DNA of 32,000 nucleotides from Halorhodospira halophila SL1 (GTDB lineage Bacteria; Pseudomonadota; Gammaproteobacteria; Nitrococcales; Halorhodospiraceae): NCBI RefSeq assembly GCF_000015585.1, contig NC_008789.1, positions 990,001 to 1,022,000 of the forward strand, read 5' to 3'. Shown piece by piece: positions 24,497 to 32,000 of this stretch (position 1 is its first letter; each line of letters starts with the position of its first letter). The notes under the pieces were generated by a model. It saw only the letters and a program-made list of their open reading frames with translations, ran no database searches and was not told where the DNA came from. The position numbers and the translations under genes were made by a program.

Positions 24497-25542
24497 GGTG
24501 CCTGGCATCCACCACCCGCGCCCTGGCCCTGGCCGCCCTGGCCACCGCCCTGGGGCTGACCGGCTGCACCGCCGAGCCGGATTCGACCCGGCTGCAGTTC
24601 ATCTCGCTGGGCACGGAGGTGGAGATCCACATCCTCGATGCCGGCAGCGGCGACGCCGAGACGGCCGCCAAGGCGGCCCGCCAGGAGATCGATGCCATCA
24701 GCGAGGCCTGGGAGCCGACCCGTGGCACGGAACTCGGACCGCTCAACGAGCGGCTGGCCGCCGGCGAGGGCATGCAGGTCAGCGAGGAACTGATCGCTAT
24801 CCTGGAGCGCGCCCGCGAGATGGAGGCGCGCACCGGCGGGCGCTTCAGCCCGGCCATCGGCGGACTCACCGAGCTGTGGGGCTTCTCCGCCCAGGAGGGG
24901 CCGTTGGAGGAGCCGCCGCCGGCCGAAGAGATCGAGGCGTGGGTGGAGCGGGCCCCGCGCATCGCCGACCTGAGCTGGGATGCCGAGCGCCGCGTCACCA
25001 GCAGCAACGACGGGGTGCGCATCGACCTCGGCGGCATCGGCAAGGGCTTTGCCGGCGAGCGCGCCGTCGCCGCCCTGCGCGAGCACGGGGTGCGCACGGC
25101 GCTGATCAGCCTCGGCGGCGACCTGGTGGCCCTGGGGGCTCCGGACGACCGCCCCTGGCGGATGGGCGTGCGCGACCCGCGCGCCGGCACGGTGCTGGCC
25201 GCCGTCGAGGCCCACGCCGACGAGACCGTCTTCACCTCCGGGGACTACGAGCGCACCTTCACCCACGAGGACCGCCGCTACCACCATATCCTCGATCCGA
25301 CCACCGGTTACCCGGCGATGGGCAGCCGTTCGATGACCGTCATCCACGACGACCCGGTCCACGCCGACGCCGCGGCGACGGCCCTGTTCATCGCCGGCCC
25401 GGACGACTGGCAGGCCCTGGCCGAGGAGCTGGAGATCGGCTACGCGCTGCTCGTCGACCGCGACGGCGCCGTCTGGATGACCGAGGCCATGGCCGAGCGG
25501 GTCGAGCTCCAGGGTGAACCGGAGGCGGTCCACATCGAGTGA
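24493..25542 (+). CDS. apbE: FAD:protein FMN transferase (ApbE family) lipoprotein
   Basis: A signal peptide with lipobox is present (MRCLASTTRALALAALATALGLTGC). ApbE motifs are DLGGIGKGFAGERA and HHILDPTTGYP. ATG 24493 overlaps the gshB stop as ATGA. Confidence 0.85.
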   Translation: MRCLASTTRALALAALATALGLTGCTAEPDSTRLQFISLGTEVEIHILDAGSGDAETAAKAARQEIDAISEAWEPTRGTELGPLNERLAAGEGMQVSEELIAILERAREMEARTGGRFSPAIGGLTELWGFSAQEGPLEEPPPAEEIEAWVERAPRIADLSWDAERRVTSSNDGVRIDLGGIGKGFAGERAVAALREHGVRTALISLGGDLVALGAPDDRPWRMGVRDPRAGTVLAAVEAHADETVFTSGDYERTFTHEDRRYHHILDPTTGYPAMGSRSMTVIHDDPVHADAAATALFIAGPDDWQALAEELEIGYALLVDRDGAVWMTEAMAERVELQGEPEAVHIE

Positions 25543-26405
25543 GTGAGACCCCCGCCGTGAACGAGGCTACCGTGCGACCGGACGACCGTCTGGGCATGGC
25601 GCTGTTCCTTGCCGTGGTGGTCCACGCCCTGCTGATCCTGGGGGTGGGCCTGACCTGGGAGGGCGAGGAGCGCCCGTCGGAGACCTCCATGATGGAGGTC
25701 ACCCTGGCCTACGACGAGGCCGAAACCCCGCCGGAGGAGGCCGACTACCTCGCCGACCTGGATCAGGACGGCGGCGGGGTGGCCGAGCAGGCGCAGATCC
25801 CCTCGCCGCTGGCCGGTGAACCGACCCCGGCCACCGAGGCCCCCGAACCGGGCGAGCCCGCGGCCACCCCCGAGGCGCGGGCCGAGGCACTGATCGAGAG
25901 CGAACAGGCCGAGACACCCACCCCGCCCACCGACGACGAGACCCAGGCCGAGGAGCGGCCGTCGCTCCAGGACCTGCTCGACAGCCGGCGCGAGGCGGCG
26001 GCAGCCGAGGCGGTGGCACTGCAGCAGCGACTGAGCCAGCCGCGGGAACCGTCGAAACGTTTCCTCAACGCCCGCACCCGCTCCCACGAGGCCGCCGCCT
26101 ACATGGAGGCGTGGACGCGCAAGGTCGAAGCGGTGGGCAATCTCAACTACCCAAGCGAGGCGCGGGAGCGCGGCCTGTCGGGACGGCTGATCCTCGAGGT
26201 GACGCTGATGCCCGACGGTTCTCTCGAGGACGTGCGCATCGTCCAACGCTCCCGCCACCGCCTGCTTGACGAGGCGGCGGTGCGCATCGTGCGACTCGGC
26301 GCCCCGTATCCGGATATACCGGAGGAGGTCCTCGAGGGGCAGGATCGCCTGGTGATCACCCGGACCTGGGAGTTCGTCGAGGGGCGGCGCGTACGCGCCC
26401 AATAA
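25539..26405 (+). CDS. tonB: Energy transducer TonB-family protein
   Basis: An N-terminal TM segment (LGMALFLAVVVHALLILGV), a Pro/Glu-rich spacer and a TonB C-terminal domain (YPSEARERGLSGRLILEVTLMPDGSLEDVRIVQRSRHRLLDEAAVRIV) are present. The GTG start overlaps the apbE stop. Confidence 0.82.
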   Translation: MSETPAVNEATVRPDDRLGMALFLAVVVHALLILGVGLTWEGEERPSETSMMEVTLAYDEAETPPEEADYLADLDQDGGGVAEQAQIPSPLAGEPTPATEAPEPGEPAATPEARAEALIESEQAETPTPPTDDETQAEERPSLQDLLDSRREAAAAEAVALQQRLSQPREPSKRFLNARTRSHEAAAYMEAWTRKVEAVGNLNYPSEARERGLSGRLILEVTLMPDGSLEDVRIVQRSRHRLLDEAAVRIVRLGAPYPDIPEEVLEGQDRLVITRTWEFVEGRRVRAQ

Positions 26406-26456
26406 CCGGTCCACCACCCTTGTCCCCGCTGTGCGCGGTAGCCGATACTGGAGCGC

Positions 26457-27035
26457 ATGAGCGAGCAAACCGGACAAGGTGGAGACCAGCTGGGCAGTCA
26501 GTTCCTGATCGCCATGCCAGCCCTGGACGACCCGAACTTCGCGCAGACCGTCACCCTGCTCTGCGAGCACACCGAAGACGGGGCCATGGGCATCGTCGTC
26601 AACCGACCCACCGAGGTCACCCTCGGCGATCTGTTCCGCCATCTGGAGCTGGAGATCACCGACGGTTGCCCGGAGGATCAGGTCGTCTTCGCCGGCGGTC
26701 CGGTGCAGCGCGAGCGCGGCTTTGTCCTCCACCCCGAGGGCGAGCAGTGGAACGCCACCACCCCCGTCTGCGAGGGCGTGGCCCTGACCACCTCGCGGGA
26801 CATCCTCGCCGCCCTGGCGCGGGGCGAGGGCCCCGAGCGCTTCCTGGTGGCGCTGGGTTACGCCGGCTGGGGGGCCGGGCAGCTGGAAGAGGAGCTGGCG
26901 CAGAACGCCTGGCTCTCCGGCCCCGCCGAGGCCCGGGTCATCTTCGATACCGACACCAACCAGCGCTGGCGCGCGGCGGCAGCGCAACTGGGTGTGGACA
27001 TCGCGCTGCTCTCCTCGGAAAGCGGCCATGCCTGA
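26457..27035 (+). CDS. yqgE: YqgE/AlgH-family protein (UPF0301)
   Basis: FLIAMPALDDPNFAQTVTLLCEHTEDGAMGIVVNRP, GGPVQRERGFVLH and GYAGWGAGQLEEEL are the YqgE/AlgH signature blocks. Confidence 0.87.
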   Translation: MSEQTGQGGDQLGSQFLIAMPALDDPNFAQTVTLLCEHTEDGAMGIVVNRPTEVTLGDLFRHLELEITDGCPEDQVVFAGGPVQRERGFVLHPEGEQWNATTPVCEGVALTTSRDILAALARGEGPERFLVALGYAGWGAGQLEEELAQNAWLSGPAEARVIFDTDTNQRWRAAAAQLGVDIALLSSESGHA

Positions 27036-27456
27036 GCCGCCCGGCGGCACGCTGCTCGGCTTCGATCCCGGGGCGCGGCATATCGGGGTGGCCGTCGGCG
27101 AGGCGCTGTTAGGGACGGCCCGCGGCCTGACCACCCTGCCGGCGCGCCACGGTCAGCCGGACTGGGAGGCTGTCTCCGAGCTGCTCGCCCAGTGGACCCC
27201 CGAGGCGCTGGTGGTGGGACTGCCCAGCCACGCCGACGGCAGCGATGCCGACAGCACCGAGTTGGCCCGGCGCCTGGCCGGCCGGCTGCACGGGCGCTTC
27301 GGCCTGCCGGTGCACACCGTCGACGAACGCCTCTCCTCCCACGTCGCGGAGGAGCGGCTCGACCCGCGGCAACGCCAGCGCGATCCGCACGCGGTACACG
27401 CCGAGGCGGCCGCGGTCATCCTCGAGACCTTCTTTGCCCAGCAAGGGGTGGCATGA
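27028..27456 (+). CDS. ruvX: Holliday junction resolvase-like / pre-16S rRNA nuclease RuvX (YqgF)
   Basis: [31 protein letters not shown] and [15 protein letters not shown] are YqgF motifs. ATG 27028 overlaps the end of yqgE by 8 nt. The track start at 26992 is less likely. Confidence 0.88.
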   Translation: MPEPPGGTLLGFDPGARHIGVAVGEALLGTARGLTTLPARHGQPDWEAVSELLAQWTPEALVVGLPSHADGSDADSTELARRLAGRLHGRFGLPVHTVDERLSSHVAEERLDPRQRQRDPHAVHAEAAAVILETFFAQQGVA

Positions 27457-27965
27457 CAGACGCCGAGATCGACGTCCCGGAACTCCTCGACACCACGGCC
27501 GCGGACATCAACACCGAACTGGAGCGCCGCGGTATCCGCTCGCCGATCCTCGTCGGCGTGCACACGGGCGGGGTCTGGGTGGCCCGCGGCCTCCACGACC
27601 GCCTCGGGGCGCGACCGCCGGTGGGCACCCTGGAGGTCGCCTTCCACCGCGACGACTACGCGACCTCGGGGCTCAAGGCGGCGGTCCAGACCTCCGAAGT
27701 CCCAGTCACCCTGGACGGACGCGCTGTGCTGCTGGTCGACGACGTCATCCACACCGGCCGCACCACCCGGGCGGCCCTCAACGCCCTGTTCGACTACGGC
27801 CGGCCGCGGCGGGTGTTATTGGCCGTCCTGGTCGACCGTGGCGGGCGCGAGCTACCCATCCAGCCGGATGTGATCGGCACGCGACTCGATCTGCCCGCCG
27901 AGCAGCGACTCAAGCTGCGCGGCCCGGAGCCGCTGCGCTTCATGCTGGAAGGAGAGACGCCGTGA
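27453..27965 (+). CDS. pyrR: Bifunctional pyrimidine operon regulator / uracil phosphoribosyltransferase PyrR
   Basis: [16 protein letters not shown], the PRPP-binding loop [21 protein letters not shown] and [21 protein letters not shown] are present. ATG 27453 overlaps the ruvX stop as ATGA. Confidence 0.9.
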   Translation: MTDAEIDVPELLDTTAADINTELERRGIRSPILVGVHTGGVWVARGLHDRLGARPPVGTLEVAFHRDDYATSGLKAAVQTSEVPVTLDGRAVLLVDDVIHTGRTTRAALNALFDYGRPRRVLLAVLVDRGGRELPIQPDVIGTRLDLPAEQRLKLRGPEPLRFMLEGETP

Positions 27966-28948
27966 GCGTGCAACTCGACCCCCAGGGGCAGCTGCGCCAC
28001 CTGGTTACCACCGAGGGGCTGCCCCGCGAGCTGCTGACCCGCATCCTCGATACCGCCGAGTCGTTCTCCGGGGTCCTTGGCAAGTCGGTGAAGAAGGTGC
28101 CGCTGCTGCGCGGACGGACCATCATCAACCTCTTCTTTGAGCCGAGTACCCGCACCCGCACCACCTTCGAGCTGGCCGCCCAGCGGCTCTCGGCCGACGT
28201 GCTCAACATCGACGTCGCCACCTCCTCCACCAGCAAGGGGGAGAGCCTGCTGGACATGCTGCGCAATCTCGAGGCGATGCAGTGCGACGCCTTCGTGGTC
28301 CGCCACGCCGACAGTGGCGCCGCCGAATTCATCGCCCGCCACGTCGCCCCCGGGGTGGCGGTGATCAACGCCGGCGACGGGCGCCACGCCCACCCCACCC
28401 AGGCGCTGCTTGACGCCTTCACCATCCGCCGCGAGAAGGGCCCCCTGGAGCCGCTGACCATCGCCATTGTCGGCGATATCCTCCACTCGCGGGTGGCCCG
28501 CTCGCAGATCCACGCCCTGCTCGGCCTCGGCGCCGGCGAGGTGCGGGTGATCGGGCCGCGCACGCTGCTGCCGCGGGATATCCAGCGCCTGGGCGTGCGG
28601 GTCTATGAGGACATGGATGCCGGGCTCGACGGCGCCGACGTGCTGATCATGCTCCGCCTCCAGCGCGAGCGCATGCGCGGCGCCTTGCTACCGAGCGAGA
28701 GCGAGTACTTCTCGCGCTACGGTCTGACCGAACAACGCCTGGAGCGCACCCACCCGGAGGCCATCGTCATGCACCCGGGTCCGGTCAACCGGGGCGTCGA
28801 ACTCGATCCGCAGGTGGCCGACGGTCCCCGCTCGGTGATCCTGCGCCAGGTCACCAACGGTATCGCGGTGCGCATGGCGGTCATGTCCATCGTCCTGGGC
28901 GGGCACGGCGAGGCGCCCGCGGAACCGATCGAGGAGGCGTCGAGTTGA
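27962..28948 (+). CDS. pyrB: Aspartate carbamoyltransferase catalytic subunit
   Basis: [39 protein letters not shown] and [11 protein letters not shown] are canonical ATCase motifs. GTG 27962 overlaps the pyrR stop as GTGA. Confidence 0.95.
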   Translation: MSVQLDPQGQLRHLVTTEGLPRELLTRILDTAESFSGVLGKSVKKVPLLRGRTIINLFFEPSTRTRTTFELAAQRLSADVLNIDVATSSTSKGESLLDMLRNLEAMQCDAFVVRHADSGAAEFIARHVAPGVAVINAGDGRHAHPTQALLDAFTIRREKGPLEPLTIAIVGDILHSRVARSQIHALLGLGAGEVRVIGPRTLLPRDIQRLGVRVYEDMDAGLDGADVLIMLRLQRERMRGALLPSESEYFSRYGLTEQRLERTHPEAIVMHPGPVNRGVELDPQVADGPRSVILRQVTNGIAVRMAVMSIVLGGHGEAPAEPIEEASS

Positions 28949-30228
28949 GCCGGATACACATCCACGGCGGGCACGTCATCGACCCGGCCAGCGGCCTGAA
29001 CGAACCACGTGACCTGTTCATCGCCGAGGGGCGGATCCTCGCCGTGGGCGCGGCCCCCGAGGGGTTCACCGCCGACCAGGTCATCGATGCCACGGGGCAA
29101 CTGGTCATCCCCGGCCTGGTGGACCTGGCCGCGCGGCTACGCGAGCCCGGCGCCACGCGCAAGGGCGGCATCGTCCCGGAGAGCCGGGCGGCAGCGGCCG
29201 GGGGCATTACCACGCTGCTCGTACCCCCGGACACCCGTCCGGCGGTGGACACCCCCTCGGTGGTGGAGCTGATCCACAGCCGCGCGCAGGCAGCCGACGC
29301 CGCCCGGGTGCGGCCCCTTGGCGCCCTGACCCGCGAACTCGGTGGCGAGTATCTGGCCGAGATGGCCGCGCTGCGCGACGCCGGCTGCCCGGCGGTGGCC
29401 GACGGTGGGCAGCCGGTGGCTAATACCCTGATCCTGCGCCGCGCCCTGGACTACGCGGCCACCTTCTCGCTACCGGTGATCCTCACCCCCGAGGACCCCA
29501 ACCTGGCCGACAGCGGCCGCGTCCACGAGGGCGAGACGGCCACCCGTCTCGGGCTGCCCGGGCAGCCGGCGGCCACCGAGACCGCCGCAGTGGGCCGGAT
29601 CCTGGCCCTGGTCGAGGAGAGCGGCAACCCGGTCCACCTGGGCCGGTTGTCCACGGCCCGCGCCGCTACCATGGTCGCCGACGCGCGCCGCGCGCAGCTG
29701 CCGGTGACCGCCGATGTGGCCGTCCACCAGCTGCTGTTCACCGAGCACGAGTGCGACGCCTACAACACCGCCGCCCACGTGCGCCCGCCACTGCGCACCG
29801 GCCAGGACCGCGACGGGCTGCGTCGGGCGGTGGCCGAGGGGGCGATCACCGCCATCTGCTCGGATCACCAGCCCCATGACCCCGACGCCAAGATCTGCCC
29901 CTTCGCCGATAGCGAGCCTGGAGTCAGCGGTGTCGACACCCTGCTCGGCCTGACCCTGCGGCTGGTCGACGAGGGCCTACTATCCCTCACCGAGGCGATC
30001 CACCGGGTCACCCTGGGGCCAGCCCGGTCCCTCGGTCTGGAGGCCGGCACCCTGGCACCGGGGGCGGCGGCCGATGTGGCCGTCGTCGATCCGCAGCAGA
30101 CCTGGCGGGTAACCCCGGAGAGCCTGCATAGCCGTGGCCGCAACTCCCTGGTCCTGGGCCAGGAGCTGGCCGGACGCACCACCGCCACCCTGGTCGCCGG
30201 GCGCATCGTCTACCCGCGCACCCCGTGA
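28945..30228 (+). CDS. pyrC: Dihydroorotase-like protein, probably the non-catalytic PyrC' partner of ATCase
   Basis: It has the amidohydrolase / class I DHOase layout ([12 protein letters not shown]...VIPGLVD...REPG..., ICSDHQPH). The Zn-binding H-x-H is replaced, giving [14 protein letters not shown]. The TTG start overlaps the pyrB stop as TTGA. Its position after pyrB matches Pseudomonas pyrC'. Confidence 0.82.
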   Translation: MSRIHIHGGHVIDPASGLNEPRDLFIAEGRILAVGAAPEGFTADQVIDATGQLVIPGLVDLAARLREPGATRKGGIVPESRAAAAGGITTLLVPPDTRPAVDTPSVVELIHSRAQAADAARVRPLGALTRELGGEYLAEMAALRDAGCPAVADGGQPVANTLILRRALDYAATFSLPVILTPEDPNLADSGRVHEGETATRLGLPGQPAATETAAVGRILALVEESGNPVHLGRLSTARAATMVADARRAQLPVTADVAVHQLLFTEHECDAYNTAAHVRPPLRTGQDRDGLRRAVAEGAITAICSDHQPHDPDAKICPFADSEPGVSGVDTLLGLTLRLVDEGLLSLTEAIHRVTLGPARSLGLEAGTLAPGAAADVAVVDPQQTWRVTPESLHSRGRNSLVLGQELAGRTTATLVAGRIVYPRTP

Positions 30229-31112
30229 ACCGAACCGATTCGGAGGCAACCGTGAGCGCATCGCCCAACGTCGTCGACGTCACCGTCGAGAACTTCAAGG
30301 AACAGGCCATCGATGCCTCGATGCAGCAGCCTGTGCTGATCTACTTCTGGGCGCAGTGGTGCGAGCCCTGCAAGACCCTCAGCCCGCTGCTGGAGAAGCT
30401 GGCCGACGAGTACAAGGGCGGCTTCCGCCTGGCCAAGGTGGACTGCGATCAGCAGCAGCAGCTGGCTGCGCAGGTCGGGGTGCAGAGCCTGCCCACCGCC
30501 CTGCTGGTCAAGGAGGGCCAGCCGGTGGACCAGTTCATGGGAGCGGTCCCCGAGGGGGAGCTGCGCCAATGGCTGGGTCAGTACGTGGAAGCGCCTGAGG
30601 CCGACCCCTACGAGCAGGCCCGCGAGCTGATGAGCGAGGGCCGCTCCGCCGAGGCCGTCCCCTACCTGCGGGCCGCCCGGGAGCAGCGCCCCGATGACGC
30701 CGGGGTGACCATCGACCTGGCCCGTGCGCTGCTGCAGAGCGGCGACGCCGACGAGGCCTTCACCCTGATTGAGGGGCTCTCCACCAACGACCAGCAGGAC
30801 CCCCGCGCCCAGGGCATCCTGGCCCGCAAGGAGTTCGCCGAGCGGGTGCGCGACCTGCCCCCGCTCGAGACGCTGGAGCAGCGTGTGGAGGCCGACGCCG
30901 GGGACGGCCAGGCCCGCCTGGAGCTCGCCCTGCGCTTGGTGGTCGCCGGCGGCGAGCTGGAGGCCCTCGATCACCTGCTGCATCTGGTCCAGCGCGACCG
31001 CGAGCGCCGCGACGAGGCCCACCAGGTGGCGCTGCAGGTGCTCGGCATGCTCGGCCCGGAGCACCCGGAGGCCCGCCGCTACCGCCAGCGGCTATTCCAG
31101 CTGCTCCATTGA
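30225..31112 (+). CDS. ybbN: Thioredoxin-domain plus TPR co-chaperone (YbbN/CnoX-like)
   Basis: An N-terminal thioredoxin fold with an intact CxxC is present (VLIYFWAQWCEPCKTLSPLLEKLA...KVDCDQQQQLAAQVGVQSLPT), followed by a helical TPR-like C-terminus. The GTG start overlaps the pyrC' stop as GTGA. GTG 30252 is an alternative start. Confidence 0.8.
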   Translation: MNRTDSEATVSASPNVVDVTVENFKEQAIDASMQQPVLIYFWAQWCEPCKTLSPLLEKLADEYKGGFRLAKVDCDQQQQLAAQVGVQSLPTALLVKEGQPVDQFMGAVPEGELRQWLGQYVEAPEADPYEQARELMSEGRSAEAVPYLRAAREQRPDDAGVTIDLARALLQSGDADEAFTLIEGLSTNDQQDPRAQGILARKEFAERVRDLPPLETLEQRVEADAGDGQARLELALRLVVAGGELEALDHLLHLVQRDRERRDEAHQVALQVLGMLGPEHPEARRYRQRLFQLLH

Positions 31113-31134
31113 CCGTGGGGGCGCGCCGGCGGGG

Positions 31135-31917
31135 TCAGATGGCCTCGCCGGCCTCCTCGCCTGCCGCGCCGCTGCGCTCCAGCACTCGGTCGATGAAGGC
31201 CCGGGTCTCGTACGGGGCCCGGCGGTGCAGCAGCCAGCGCAGGTCCTCGAGGGTCTGCAGGTTGGGATTGGAGAGCAGGTTGCGATAGACGTTCCCGGGC
31301 CCCCAGTTGTAGGCGGCCAGGCTCAGCCAGGTGGCCATCGGCTCGCCGTAGCTGGCGTAGCGCTCGTGGAGATGGGCCAGGTAGTGGCTGCCGATGAGGA
31401 CATTCAGCCGCGGGTCGGCCAGATCCTCGTCCTCGATCTCCAGCCCCTCGCGCTCGCTGAAGCGCTCCAGCCACTCGGGCACCCGATCACCGACGTCCAC
31501 CGCCGCCACCGGGCGGACCTGCATCAGACCGACGGCGCCGGCGCTGCTCACCACCCCCGGGCGGTAGTCGCTCTCGGTGCGCACGACGGCGCGGATCAGA
31601 TCGGCGCTGAGGCCGGTCACCTCGGCCGCCTCGTCCACCAGCTCATCCAGGCGCTTGCGGGGGATGACGCGGTTGGAGCCGACTTCCAGGTGACGCTCGG
31701 CCTGGCGGTCTTCGACAATGGTCTCGACCACCGCGCGGGAGACCTCGGGCATCCCCGCCGAGGCGCGCAGGCGCTCGAGTTGCTCGGAGTCGCCGACGCC
31801 GGCCGTGGCGCCGCCGCCGCGCTCGGCCGCCCACGGCGAGTGGTGCAGGTGGTACGCCCCGAACGAGGCAAGCACCAGGCTGCAGCCGCCGATGAGCCAG
31901 TTGGCGTGCATACGCAT
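31135..31917 (-). CDS. Lytic transglycosylase (SLT domain) protein
   Basis: The SLT catalytic region is LIRAVVRTESDYRPGVVSSAGAVGLMQV...YLAHL...AAYNWGPGNV. An N-terminal signal or anchor is present (MRMHANWLIGGCSLVLASFGAY). I chose ATG 31917 as the start; the track has 31947. Confidence 0.82.
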   Translation of the reverse strand: MRMHANWLIGGCSLVLASFGAYHLHHSPWAAERGGGATAGVGDSEQLERLRASAGMPEVSRAVVETIVEDRQAERHLEVGSNRVIPRKRLDELVDEAAEVTGLSADLIRAVVRTESDYRPGVVSSAGAVGLMQVRPVAAVDVGDRVPEWLERFSEREGLEIEDEDLADPRLNVLIGSHYLAHLHERYASYGEPMATWLSLAAYNWGPGNVYRNLLSNPNLQTLEDLRWLLHRRAPYETRAFIDRVLERSGAAGEEAGEAI

Positions 31918-32000
31918 GACGCACCCCCTTCCACGAAGCCGTGCCAATTTCCCTACTGTAACACGGGTAACCGACAGGAGCGGGCCCCGCCCGTGGCGCG

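Noticed and set aside
1-32000. CRISPR arrays, rRNA or tRNA genes, and prophage blocks
   Set aside because: I saw no regularly spaced direct repeats and no cloverleaf-like or rRNA-like conserved segments in the intergenic regions, which are all shorter than 300 bp. All larger spaces are filled by protein-coding genes with clear identities.

Overview
High-GC (about 67% in hand-counted coding stretches) bacterial chromosomal DNA. The gene content and order look gammaproteobacterial. The block bioA - rsmE - [ChpA-like kinase] - gshB - tonB - yqgE - ruvX - pyrR - pyrB - pyrC' matches my memory of the Pseudomonas aeruginosa PA0401-PA0420 region. Most of the window is housekeeping: photolyase 3' end, purC, a Crp/Fnr regulator, gap, metK, an SDR, a PfkB kinase, yajD, an NAD(P)H-binding protein, rhlE, an M42 peptidase, an FGGY kinase, bioA, rsmE, gshB, apbE, tonB, yqgE, ruvX, pyrR, pyrB, a non-catalytic-looking pyrC', a YbbN-like thioredoxin/TPR protein and an SLT transglycosylase. 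The exception is a roughly 7 kb, five-gene minus-strand operon (11680-18699) between the FGGY kinase gene and bioA. It encodes a 153-aa gp5/gpV-like mini-spike with no gp27 hub, a DUF2169-type adaptor, a catalytically degenerate ketoacyl-synthase-like protein, a 1227-aa DUF4150 (PAAR-like) effector with a VasX/MIX-like region and C-terminal glycine-rich TM helices, and a 2-TM putative immunity protein. This reads as an orphan T6SS-type spike/adaptor/effector/immunity cassette with an unusual truncated spike, and it is the most interesting locus in the window. No Tss core genes, Hcp or full VgrG are present here. Other notable items are a roughly 270-bp MITE-like element with 47-bp terminal inverted repeats (5159-5426), a Pil-Chp locus apparently reduced to one mini-ChpA gene, and a long run of 4-nt start/stop overlaps from gshB to ybbN. 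I recognised no rRNA, tRNA, CRISPR array, integrase or transposase. Many long ORFs in the supplied track are antisense or out-of-frame shadows typical of high-GC DNA.
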